Notes under the pieces: generated by a model
The model's input: the letters and a program-made list of their open reading frames with translations, nothing else
Databases searched by the model: none
What the model was told of the DNA's origin: nothing
Assembly (NCBI GenBank): GCA_965205065.1
Contig: CBDBFT010000001.1
Span: 5,681,821-5,745,820 of the forward strand
Reading direction: 5' to 3'
Source of the DNA: Candidatus Poribacteria bacterium
GTDB lineage: Bacteria; Poribacteria; WGA-4E; WGA-3G
Length of the DNA: 64,000 nt
Part shown: in pieces, positions 34,270-43,737 of the stretch
How the letters are laid out: each line of letters begins with the position of its first letter
Position numbering within the stretch: position 1 is the first letter of the stretch
Program-made: the position numbers and the translations under genes

Positions 34270-35619
34270 ATGGGTATAATCTATTTCCTCACCGGATACT
34301 TTGCTTTTGAAGAGTTTGTACTGAAGTTTCTTCCAGTCAGTGATGCAGTTTACTCTTATTTTAGATTCTTGGGTGAGATATTCATCTATGTAGCATTTGC
34401 TAAGCTTGTATTAAACAAACTCTATAAGGGTATCCCTTTTGTTAAAACACCTATTGATTTCCCAATTATTGGCTTCTACCTCGTTGTCTTTCTCTCAATA
34501 GTGATAAATCGTTCCCCTCTGGTAGGGAGTTTATACAATATTCGTCCACTTGCGCGATACATCGTTCTATTCTATCTGATTGTGAATTCTCCGTTATCTA
34601 AACAACGGATTGATACACTCATAAGGATAATTTTGTGTATTGGCGTAGTACAAATTGGAATCGGAATGATACAGTGGTTTGGTGGTCCTACAATATACGA
34701 TCTCTTTTTACCGCGGGCGTCCACCCTTGAGGTGGCAGGATTTACAAAGGAATTTAGATTGCTTGAAATTGGTAGAGAGATTGGCAGTATATACGGTACT
34801 TTAGGGGATACAGTTATATATGGTGTCTTTATGATCGTTGTATTGGTGATCTTTCTATCACGAGTCAAACGTCTTGAATACCTGAATCTACTCGCTATCG
34901 GTGTATTGTTGATGTTCATTGCAAGGTCATATTCTCGTGCAGCAACATTTTCAGCACTGCTCGCATGTGTTGTATGGTTCTTTTTTCAATACGGTTGGAA
35001 AAAAACGTTGCGTTTATCACTTGCCGTATTGTTGGTTTTCGGGGTATTATTGGCTATAGTAAATCCATTTGAACTGGAATATATCAATCCACGTAAAGCA
35101 AGAGTTGGTCTTGTGGGGAATGTAACGGGTGTATTCTCAGGTTCTTACGTTAAGGTTGCACAGAAGCAACGACTTGGTGCTATCCTTGGGAAAGCTCCTA
35201 CTGTATTAGCAAATAAACCTATTTTGGGGTATGGTGCTGACCAAAACACCACAATTGATAGATTGAACAAGAGTAAACGTTCTTTTCTCTTTAAAGTCCT
35301 AAGTAAGAAGGGTTTTAAAGATGTCTACTGGGTCGCTATTCTATGCTTTTACGGTGTTTTAGGATTAGGTCTGTTTGCATTCATATTTTACCGACTGTTT
35401 ATCGCATCATTAAGGTTATATAGACAAGCTGCTAACAGAATAACAAAAGAGATGGCTCTGGTGATGCTTTGTCTGGTTGTCGTTACAGTCTTCCTTCTCT
35501 TTTTCAATAGAACCCTTGAATTCAGGGGATACGGTTTCTATTTTTGGATGTGTGCTGGCATTATGTTCGTAAGCGATACAGCAATACAGACTTATAAACC
35601 GATAAAAATTACCTTATGA
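34270..35619 (+). CDS. O-antigen ligase/polymerase family membrane protein (Wzy-like)
   Basis: 449 aa polytopic protein. Central ARSYSRAATFSALL-type loop as in Wzy_C/O-antigen ligase proteins. Sits next to the flippase. Confidence 0.6.
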   Translation: MGIIYFLTGYFAFEEFVLKFLPVSDAVYSYFRFLGEIFIYVAFAKLVLNKLYKGIPFVKTPIDFPIIGFYLVVFLSIVINRSPLVGSLYNIRPLARYIVLFYLIVNSPLSKQRIDTLIRIILCIGVVQIGIGMIQWFGGPTIYDLFLPRASTLEVAGFTKEFRLLEIGREIGSIYGTLGDTVIYGVFMIVVLVIFLSRVKRLEYLNLLAIGVLLMFIARSYSRAATFSALLACVVWFFFQYGWKKTLRLSLAVLLVFGVLLAIVNPFELEYINPRKARVGLVGNVTGVFSGSYVKVAQKQRLGAILGKAPTVLANKPILGYGADQNTTIDRLNKSKRSFLFKVLSKKGFKDVYWVAILCFYGVLGLGLFAFIFYRLFIASLRLYRQAANRITKEMALVMLCLVVVTVFLLFFNRTLEFRGYGFYFWMCAGIMFVSDTAIQTYKPIKITL

Positions 35620-35629
35620 GTTTACCCTT

Positions 35630-37240
35630 ATGAATTTACAAACGATCTTGAATTCCAATTTGATAAGAAATATACTGATATGCTTTACACTCGGTATAAG
35701 TGTTGTTCTCCTAATGATGTTTAATTTAGAATGTAGCAGAAGAGGATCTGACAGAGATAGTGTTCAAATATATATTGATACTGAGTCTGCAGTACCTTTG
35801 CGGAAAGACCTTTACGGTTTCAATACAAATATGATGAGTGGGGATTATGGATACTTGGATAAAGACTTCATAGCATTAACAGAAACACTCAATCCGTCGA
35901 GTCTCCGTTTTCCAGGCGGAACAGTAGGTAACTTTTATCACTGGGATATTTCAGGTTTCTATGAAGATGAAATGAACACAACCCTTAGCACTCAACTCAA
36001 TAAGCGGAATAGAGGGAATTTCAATAGACTGAGAAAAAAACGGAATGGGAAGATTTCTTTTGACCACTTTATGAAGTTGTGCACTGATCTAAATATTAAA
36101 CCGATCATTATGGTCAATTTGTGGACAGGTTCTCCAGAAAAAAGTGCAGCATGGGTTCGTTATGCAAAAGAGATGGGGTATAACATTCGGCATTGGGAAC
36201 TTGGCAACGAACACTATCTGTCTCACTACTTAAACAGATTCCCTACAGTTCAAACCTATATGCAAACAGCGAAGGAACACGCGTTGGCTATGAAAGCAGT
36301 TGATCCAGAAATAAAGTTATCCGTGTGTGCTTCACCTGTTGCTTTTCATAAAGAAGGCTTCTTGTTAGCAACACCACAACGCAAGTGGGACAAAGGACTC
36401 GCTGACAATGTTTCTGAAGCTACAGACTGGTATGATGCATTCTCAGTGCATGTCTATGCCTATAAAGCCGTAAAGGATATAGAAATAGAGAAGATGAAAG
36501 CTTATCTATTCGGATGGATACATTTTGGTTTTGATGAAGCGATGGATTATTATCAGGAGTTGTTTCCAGATAAAGAGATGTGGGTCACAGAATGGAATAT
36601 AGCAAATCCTGCGAATAGAGTTGCCAACACACAACTCCATGCCATGTATGTCGGAGACTTTTTTATGAAAATGCTGAGTATTCCAAAGATCACACATGCA
36701 AACTTTCATGTCATAGCTGGCTACGGTAAAGGTTTCCCTGTTTTTTCCAAAGTTACACCGATTTCACAGAGAACATTCTGGAAATATGGCGGTGAGCCAG
36801 AATCAGACTATGGAGACACTATCCGTCGTACTGTATTTTACGCATTTCAGTTGATAGGTGAAGTGATTGATAGAGCAGAAACACTTTTTGACGTTTCACA
36901 AGAGAACGTTCATAAGTTTGAGGGGGAGTTAGACTATAAAGGCAAAATGATGTCTGGTATTCAGGTAAGAGTGATGGGTAACAAAGACACGTATTTCATT
37001 ATGATTAGCAATCATATCAGCGAAACTATTTCACCTATATTTTATATTGATGGAAAACACCTGAAAAAAGATGCAACGTATCGGTATGTAGCGAATGAGA
37101 ATCTCAAAGCAACTAATGGTGGTAATGCTGAGATGGAGGGTTCAGGTGAGATTGAAGTTAAGATTCAAGAATGGAAAGGTCATATCAAAGAGATCATAAT
37201 TCCAAAAAACAGTTTCGGTATAGTTGAGGTAAGAAAGTGA
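35630..37240 (+). CDS. Membrane-anchored or secreted clan GH-A glycoside hydrolase (family not assigned)
   Basis: N-terminal hydrophobic anchor ILICFTLGISVVLLMMF. Candidate acid/base HWELGNEHY and nucleophile MWVTEWNIA motifs typical of (beta/alpha)8 GH-A enzymes. Confidence 0.65.
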   Translation: MNLQTILNSNLIRNILICFTLGISVVLLMMFNLECSRRGSDRDSVQIYIDTESAVPLRKDLYGFNTNMMSGDYGYLDKDFIALTETLNPSSLRFPGGTVGNFYHWDISGFYEDEMNTTLSTQLNKRNRGNFNRLRKKRNGKISFDHFMKLCTDLNIKPIIMVNLWTGSPEKSAAWVRYAKEMGYNIRHWELGNEHYLSHYLNRFPTVQTYMQTAKEHALAMKAVDPEIKLSVCASPVAFHKEGFLLATPQRKWDKGLADNVSEATDWYDAFSVHVYAYKAVKDIEIEKMKAYLFGWIHFGFDEAMDYYQELFPDKEMWVTEWNIANPANRVANTQLHAMYVGDFFMKMLSIPKITHANFHVIAGYGKGFPVFSKVTPISQRTFWKYGGEPESDYGDTIRRTVFYAFQLIGEVIDRAETLFDVSQENVHKFEGELDYKGKMMSGIQVRVMGNKDTYFIMISNHISETISPIFYIDGKHLKKDATYRYVANENLKATNGGNAEMEGSGEIEVKIQEWKGHIKEIIIPKNSFGIVEVRK

Positions 37241-38262
37241 TACTGGATAAAATGCTGTTTGTAGTTGGTAATAGCCGTAGTGGTACAACAATGATGGGAC
37301 GGATATTAGGTAATCACGATGATGTATTTACATTTGGAGAACTGCATTTTTTCGGGCAGTTATGGTCGCCAGCATCTTCAACCGAGTTAGATATATCAGA
37401 AGCGACAGAATTGGCTGCAAAACTATTCTGCATACAACGTGAAGGTTATCGCATGCATGGAGGACATCAGCGATTTCTTGAAGAGGCGGGTCCATTCTGT
37501 GAAAGTATTACAGGTTATCCGATTTCTCCAGTGGTTCTGTTTTCTGAGTTCTTACGTTTTGAGGCATCACGGAACGGGAATTCAATACCTTGCGACCAAA
37601 CCCCGCGCAATGTATTCTATATGGATGAGATACTCAAGTCCTATCCTCAGGTGAAGATAATAAATATGATTCGTGACCCGCGTGATGTGCTATTGTCAAA
37701 AAAACGGAAATGGAAACGCCGTTTTCTTGGCGGAACAAACTTACCTTTAAAGGAGAGTTTTCGAGATTGGTTGAACTACCATCCGATTACAATTAGTAGA
37801 ATTTGGCAGACTGCAGTTTCCGCCGCTGATAAGTTCTCGGAGCATGACAATGTCATATCAATCTATTTTGAAAAACTCCTTGCTGCTCCTGAAGACACAG
37901 TTTCCCAAATCTGTGATTTTGTAGGTATTGATTACTGTCAATCCTTACTCAAAGTGCCTCAAGTAGGGTCTTCTGTAAACGCAGATGCACCTGATAACCT
38001 CGGCATAAACCCCAATCGTGCGGGAAACTGGCATGATAAGAATAGGAATGAAGGTAAACTCAATTCATCCGAACTCTATATCAGTCAAAAAGTAAACGGT
38101 TCATTAATGAGAAAACACAACTATGAGCTGGTAAGGATTCAACCGAGTATTTTCTATCTTCTCTTGAATATAGTTTCATTTCCACTAAAATCAATAGGTG
38201 CTTTTCTTTTTAACCTCAACCGTATCAAAAACATCCGTGAAACATTAAAAAGACGTTTATGA
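37237..38262 (+). CDS. Sulfotransferase 3 (Sulfotransfer_3-like) with hydrophobic C-terminal tail
   Basis: FVVGNSRSGTTMMGRILGNH and MIRDPRDVLLS. The C-terminus SIFYLLLNIVSFPLKSIGAFLF is hydrophobic. 4-nt overlap with the GH gene. Confidence 0.8.
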   Translation: MILDKMLFVVGNSRSGTTMMGRILGNHDDVFTFGELHFFGQLWSPASSTELDISEATELAAKLFCIQREGYRMHGGHQRFLEEAGPFCESITGYPISPVVLFSEFLRFEASRNGNSIPCDQTPRNVFYMDEILKSYPQVKIINMIRDPRDVLLSKKRKWKRRFLGGTNLPLKESFRDWLNYHPITISRIWQTAVSAADKFSEHDNVISIYFEKLLAAPEDTVSQICDFVGIDYCQSLLKVPQVGSSVNADAPDNLGINPNRAGNWHDKNRNEGKLNSSELYISQKVNGSLMRKHNYELVRIQPSIFYLLLNIVSFPLKSIGAFLFNLNRIKNIRETLKRRL

Positions 38263-38325
38263 TAATTCAACTTATAATTTTGACACATTCTCATACCATT
38301 TCTTAAATCAAAATGCCTCTTTACT

Positions 38326-38350
38326 GTAGCACATTCTGTTAGATTGTGCC
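38326..38350. repeat. GTAGCACA-family hairpin, canonical copy
   Basis: gtagcacattctgttagattgtgcc sits in the only sizeable gap (38263..38437) of the polysaccharide gene array. Confidence 0.85.
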
Positions 38351-38437
38351 GTTCTCCGCTTCATTTCTAAACAGTCGGTAATGAGAGAAAAATTAATTGA
38401 AATGGTATCACATGTAATACAGGCTCACATATAAGAC

Positions 38438-39439
38438 ATGATTGCGCAGCTAAATAAAGAATACATCAGAACACGGCCAAAGAAAGTTATTCCTCGTTTG
38501 ATGAGTTACTTCCTCTTTGAAGGACGTCCTGCAACGACAAAAGGACGTTGGATAAATCCGCTTGTTCTTTCTTTCTTGAGAAGGATCGCAACCAGTAAAC
38601 GAAAATTTAGACCCGTAAAAAAGCCTATTTTTATCATAGGAACAGGTCGTAGTGGGACAACAGTTCTTGGCACGGTTCTTTCAATGCATCGGGATGTCGG
38701 TTATCTAAATGAACCGAAGGCACTGTGGCATATAATTCATCCAAGAGAGGACATCATCGGCAGTTATAGTGATATTGAAGGTGTTTATAGATTGTCTTCA
38801 AAAGACGTTACAGACGAAATGTGCCAAAGCGCGAAACAACTCTTTGGTGCTTATTTGTCTACCACACGCGCACATAGGATCGTTGACAAATATCCTGAGT
38901 TGATATTTAGAGTCGGTTTTGTGCAAACACTGTTTCCTGATGCAAAGTTCATTTTCCTCATTCGAAATGGATGGGATACGTGTCAATCCATAGCTGCATG
39001 GTCCAAACGACTCGGGATCCAATTGAAAGGTGAAACGCATGATTGGTGGGGTGTAGATAACCGTAAATGGAGATTATTAGTAGAACAGTTGGTCGCCACA
39101 GACGATGATTTGAAAGAGATAATTACAGAAAAAAGAGATTTTGACCGGCACTTGGACAGAGCTGCAGTTGAATGGGTGGTAACAATGCATGAAGGTCTAC
39201 GGTTATTAGATATAACTTCAGATTGTATATATCCAGTGAGGTTTGAGGAGCTGACATCAAAACCTGATGAAGTCCTTCCACCTATATGTGATTTTTGTGA
39301 TCTGCAACTTGATAGGACTTTTCTGGATTATGCACAACAAACGTTACACACTGTTCCACCCAGAGACCAATTCGATGTACATCATAAGATTGCACCATTT
39401 TTTAATGACACGATGGCAAGATTAGGATATAATAGTTAG
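38438..39439 (+). CDS. Sulfotransferase 4 (Sulfotransfer_3-like)
   Basis: IFIIGTGRSGTTVLGTVLSMH and FLIRNGWDTCQS. Confidence 0.75.
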   Translation: MIAQLNKEYIRTRPKKVIPRLMSYFLFEGRPATTKGRWINPLVLSFLRRIATSKRKFRPVKKPIFIIGTGRSGTTVLGTVLSMHRDVGYLNEPKALWHIIHPREDIIGSYSDIEGVYRLSSKDVTDEMCQSAKQLFGAYLSTTRAHRIVDKYPELIFRVGFVQTLFPDAKFIFLIRNGWDTCQSIAAWSKRLGIQLKGETHDWWGVDNRKWRLLVEQLVATDDDLKEIITEKRDFDRHLDRAAVEWVVTMHEGLRLLDITSDCIYPVRFEELTSKPDEVLPPICDFCDLQLDRTFLDYAQQTLHTVPPRDQFDVHHKIAPFFNDTMARLGYNS

Positions 39440-39499
39440 GTAGTCTTCTCAATTTAGGTTTCCGAATAGACATCCAGAATAAAAAAGGACCGTATCAGC

Positions 39500-41653
39500 A
39501 TGAAGCAACCCCCCAACATGACAAATTTAAAACTAACTTCTAAAGCACGTTCTTTTACGCGAAGAGAGTTTTTATCTACAAGTTTGAAAGCAGGTACTGC
39601 AGCCTTTACGACAAGTCTTATCCCCTCTCTAAACGCTACATCTAACACACCCTATAATGTCCTATTTATTATGATCGACGATCTCCGTCCAATGTTAGGT
39701 TGTTATGGACACTCAGAGATGCATACACCAAATATTGACAGGTTAGCAGCAAGGGGGACAGTATTTAATAGAGCTTACTGCAATTTTCCATTATGCAATC
39801 CATCACGTGCTTCACTGCTGACCGGGTTACGTCCCGATACAACAGCGATTAAAGATAATTCATCAAGTAGCACAGAGACTCTACCGGGTGTCACAATTCC
39901 GCAACATTTTAAAGAAAACGGATATTATACACATTCTATCGGTAAAATTGCCCACGGATGGTATGCTTGGACTGATAAAGTTTCCTGGAGTAAGAGAATC
40001 TGGAAATTACCGTATGAGGATCACGATTATTGGGCAAGACCTTCACAATGGAAGATACTTGATGTAGCGGATGATGAGCTTAGAGATGGGCAAGCGGCTC
40101 GGGAGGCGGTAAAAGAGTTATCTGTTTTAAAGGACAGACCTTTTTTCCTCGGGGTCGGATTTGATAGACCGCATGTGCCTTTTAGGGCACCTCGCAAGTA
40201 TTATGATCTTTATTCAAGAAATGATTTTTCTTTACCGAAGACGAATACACTACCAAAAAATGCCCCCCTTTACGCGATTGAGGCGGATCCTACAAAGTTA
40301 GAAGACAATGTGGTATTGGAATACATACATGCTTATGCAGCATGTACAAGTTATGTTGATGCACAGATAGGATTAATACTTGATCAACTTGAAAAGTTAG
40401 AACTTAATAACAAAACAGTAATCGTTCTGATGGGAGATCACGGATTTCACCTCGGTGAACATTCTAAGTGGCAAAAAGGAACACTGTTTGAGATCGGGTT
40501 ACTTACACCCCTGATTGTCAGTATGCCAGAGCAGACAAATATCGGAAGAACAACAGATGCTTTGGTTGAACTCGTTGATGTTTTTCCTACATTATGTGAT
40601 GCTTGCGACCTCTCTATCCCCGAAGAACTTGAAGGTTTCAGTATGCTGCCTTTAATAGAAGAACCTGAACAACAGTGGAAATCAGCAGCATTTAGTCAAG
40701 TTAGACGAAGACCCGGACAAGTCTGGTATAGAAGACAAACACTATCAGATATGGCAGGTGTTGAACTAACAAACGAAGATACTGTGGATGGATATTCGCT
40801 GCGTTCGGATCGCTACAGATATAGCGAATGGGGGGCATATAACAAAAATGGCGAGAAATTTGCTGACCTGGTAACTGAGCTTTATGATTATCAGAATGAT
40901 CCTCATGAAACCGTTAATGTTGCGAATCTACCAGAAAATGCAAAACTGGTATCTCAATTGAGCAAACAGTTACAATTGGGTTGGCAAGCTACATCAACTG
41001 AATTAGAACAGAGACTCCCATTAACCAAAAACAGACTACCTTGGGATATTGACGAGAACGGAATTGTTGATATTGAAGATCTTCTGTTAGTCTCAAACAG
41101 TTTTGGATCAAAGACAATTGACAACCCTAAAGTTGATGTTAATAAAGATGGCAACGTAGATATTATAGATCTGCTAATCGTTGCTGCACATTTAGGTGAA
41201 TCTTCAAATACAGGGTCTCCAAGGTCTATCTCCATTACAGATCAGCACTTAGACCGAGTTCAACAATGGGTCGACGAAGCACGTAAAATCAAGGAAACTT
41301 CTCCAATTTATCGCAAAGGCATAAAGAATTTAGAGATGTTTATAGATTCTTATGTTCCAAAATTAACCAAGCTTTTACCCAATTTTCCAAATCCGTTTAA
41401 TCCTGAAACTTGGATACCGTATGACTTAGGGGAAGGTGCTGATGTCAATATCTACATCCACAACTTGAAAGGTGAGTTAATTCGACATCTTAGCGTGGGG
41501 TTTCAGAGTCCTGGAAAATATAGATCGCGTTCACGTGCAGCCTATTGGGATGGACGCAATTCGTATGGTGAAGAGGTTTCCAGTGGAGTCTATTTTTATT
41601 CTTTTGACACTGGACAGAATATATTAACCCGTAAAATGGTCATTACAAAATAG
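39500..41653 (+). CDS. Tat-signal iduronate-2-sulfatase-like sulfatase 1 with the dockerin-like / linker / CTD cassette
   Basis: Tat motif SFTRREFLSTSLKAGTAAF. YNVLFIMIDDLRPMLGCYGHSEMHTPNIDRLA...CNPSRASLLTGLRPDTT is closely similar by eye to human IDS, including the Cys-type FGly motif CxPSR. GDHGFHLGEH. DIDENGIVDIEDL and DVNKDGNVDIIDL. LLPNFPNPFNPETWIPYDL...GVYFYSF...KMVITK. Confidence 0.9.
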   Translation: MKQPPNMTNLKLTSKARSFTRREFLSTSLKAGTAAFTTSLIPSLNATSNTPYNVLFIMIDDLRPMLGCYGHSEMHTPNIDRLAARGTVFNRAYCNFPLCNPSRASLLTGLRPDTTAIKDNSSSSTETLPGVTIPQHFKENGYYTHSIGKIAHGWYAWTDKVSWSKRIWKLPYEDHDYWARPSQWKILDVADDELRDGQAAREAVKELSVLKDRPFFLGVGFDRPHVPFRAPRKYYDLYSRNDFSLPKTNTLPKNAPLYAIEADPTKLEDNVVLEYIHAYAACTSYVDAQIGLILDQLEKLELNNKTVIVLMGDHGFHLGEHSKWQKGTLFEIGLLTPLIVSMPEQTNIGRTTDALVELVDVFPTLCDACDLSIPEELEGFSMLPLIEEPEQQWKSAAFSQVRRRPGQVWYRRQTLSDMAGVELTNEDTVDGYSLRSDRYRYSEWGAYNKNGEKFADLVTELYDYQNDPHETVNVANLPENAKLVSQLSKQLQLGWQATSTELEQRLPLTKNRLPWDIDENGIVDIEDLLLVSNSFGSKTIDNPKVDVNKDGNVDIIDLLIVAAHLGESSNTGSPRSISITDQHLDRVQQWVDEARKIKETSPIYRKGIKNLEMFIDSYVPKLTKLLPNFPNPFNPETWIPYDLGEGADVNIYIHNLKGELIRHLSVGFQSPGKYRSRSRAAYWDGRNSYGEEVSSGVYFYSFDTGQNILTRKMVITK

Positions 41654-41664
41654 AAAGGTGTCAG

Positions 41665-43725
41665 ATGGTAGATACTAAGCTTCACGGTGTGTTCTCCAAC
41701 ACATTTAGCCGTCGTGAATTCATTTCAAAAAGTTTGAAAACAGGTGCAGCAGCAGCAGCAGCATTCACTACAAGTCTTCTTCCCGCCTTAAACGTTTCGT
41801 CAAGTACACCATACAATGTACTGTTTTTTATGGTAGATGACTTACGACCTCTATTAGGTTGTTATGGACACGCGGAAATGCATACCCCCAATATTGATAG
41901 TATAGCTGAAAGAGGAACGGTTTTTAACAGTGCCTATTGTCAATTTCCGCTTTGTAGTCCTTCGCGAACGACGGTCATGACAGGACTAAGACCTGATTCA
42001 ACGCGTATATCTGAGAATAGAACTTTTTTTCGTGAAACTGTCCCGGATGTCGTTACGCTCCCTCAACATTTTAAAGATAGCGGTTATCATACACAATCCA
42101 TCGGAAAAGTTGCTCATATTCCTAAATTCCAAGATGATATGTATTCATGGAGCGTCCCATCATGGAGACCCTTATGGCCTCGATTTGATGAAACAACACT
42201 ATCATGGGAGGCTTTTGATGTTGAGGATGATGCGTTTAGAGATGGTAAAACAGCAATACGTGCTGTTCAAGTGTTGGATCAGATTAAGAACGATCAGTTC
42301 TTTTTGACGGTTGGATTTTACAAACCGCATCTCCCTTTACGAGCACCAAGAAAGTATTACGATTTATATGAAAACACATCCATTAACATTCCATTTACAT
42401 CAGGAGAAACTCCTATTGATATTAACCCGCCAGTATGGAATGAGGTGCGACCTTATGCGGATATATCATCCAAGCGGGAACCGATACCCTATAGCAAGAT
42501 GCTTGAACTGATTCGGGCTTATGCTGCTACAATAAGTTATGTGGACGCGCAAATAGGTCTTATCTTGAACAAACTTGATGTACTTGGACTGAAAGATAAC
42601 ACGATTATAGTCTTCTGTGGTGATCATGGCTATAATCTCGGAGAGCATGAGAACTGGGGGAAAAACATCGTCTATGAAGCAACACTACATTCACCTTTGA
42701 TTGTAAGTATTCCTGGACAGCTGGAGGTTGGCAAAAACACAGATGCACTGGTAGAACTTGTTGATGTATTTCCAACTTTATGTGATGCATGTCAAATTCC
42801 GATTCTACCTGAATTGGAGGGACTGAGCATGATGCCAGTTATAGACGACCCCGAAATCCCATGGAAAACTGCAGCTTTTAGTCAACGAAAGAACAAACGG
42901 ACAATCCGAACCGACGAATTCAGATACATTGAAGAAGGAAGGTATAAAGAACTTTACGACTATAGAACTGACCCGTATTCTGAAGTAAACGTGGTGGATG
43001 ATCCTGCGTATGTTGAACAGGTTGAACTGCTCAGTGAAAGACTACGAGCGGGTTGGCAAGAAGCATTACCTGAGAATATACCCCCACGCGTTGTGCCCCC
43101 TAACACATTACCTTGGGATATAAACAGTGATGGTATTGTTGATATTGAAGACCTTTTGCTCATATCTAACAGTTTCGGAATAGAGTCCCCTGACAACCCT
43201 AAAATTGATGTTAATGAAGATGGTAAAGTAAATATTATAGATCTGCTAATCGTTGCCGCGCATTTAGGGGAATCTTCTCAGACAGGTGCTCCAAGGACTA
43301 TTTCCATAGCAGATCAACACATAGACCGTGTTGAAGAATGGATTCATGATGCCCGTAAAATCAAGGATGCTTCTCCTATTTATCACAAAGGCATTAAAAA
43401 CTTAGAGATGTTGATCAATTCAGTTGTTCCAAATGAAACCAGACTCCTGCCCAATTTTCCGAATCCTTTTAACCCTGAGACGTGGATACCTTACGAGTTA
43501 GCAGAAAATGCAGATGTCAGAATAAACATCTATAATATAAGAGGTGAATCTATTAGAAAACTTGAAATCGGTTTTCAATCTGCTGGGACATATCGGACAC
43601 AGGTGAGTGCAGCACATTGGGATGGGCGAAACTCTGCAGGTGAACCTGTCTCCAGTGGTGTCTATTTCTATACACTTATTGCGGGAGATTTCACCACTAC
43701 CCGAAAAATGTTGATACGGAAATAG
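41665..43725 (+). CDS. Tat-signal iduronate-2-sulfatase-like sulfatase 2 with the same cassette
   Basis: TFSRREFISKSLKTGAAAAAAF. CSPSRTTVMTGLRPD. GDHGYNLGEH. DINSDGIVDIEDL and DVNEDGKVNIIDL. LLPNFPNPFNPETWIPYEL...GVYFYTL...KMLIRK. Confidence 0.9.
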   Translation: MVDTKLHGVFSNTFSRREFISKSLKTGAAAAAAFTTSLLPALNVSSSTPYNVLFFMVDDLRPLLGCYGHAEMHTPNIDSIAERGTVFNSAYCQFPLCSPSRTTVMTGLRPDSTRISENRTFFRETVPDVVTLPQHFKDSGYHTQSIGKVAHIPKFQDDMYSWSVPSWRPLWPRFDETTLSWEAFDVEDDAFRDGKTAIRAVQVLDQIKNDQFFLTVGFYKPHLPLRAPRKYYDLYENTSINIPFTSGETPIDINPPVWNEVRPYADISSKREPIPYSKMLELIRAYAATISYVDAQIGLILNKLDVLGLKDNTIIVFCGDHGYNLGEHENWGKNIVYEATLHSPLIVSIPGQLEVGKNTDALVELVDVFPTLCDACQIPILPELEGLSMMPVIDDPEIPWKTAAFSQRKNKRTIRTDEFRYIEEGRYKELYDYRTDPYSEVNVVDDPAYVEQVELLSERLRAGWQEALPENIPPRVVPPNTLPWDINSDGIVDIEDLLLISNSFGIESPDNPKIDVNEDGKVNIIDLLIVAAHLGESSQTGAPRTISIADQHIDRVEEWIHDARKIKDASPIYHKGIKNLEMLINSVVPNETRLLPNFPNPFNPETWIPYELAENADVRINIYNIRGESIRKLEIGFQSAGTYRTQVSAAHWDGRNSAGEPVSSGVYFYTLIAGDFTTTRKMLIRK

Positions 43726-43737
43726 GAGAGACAACAG

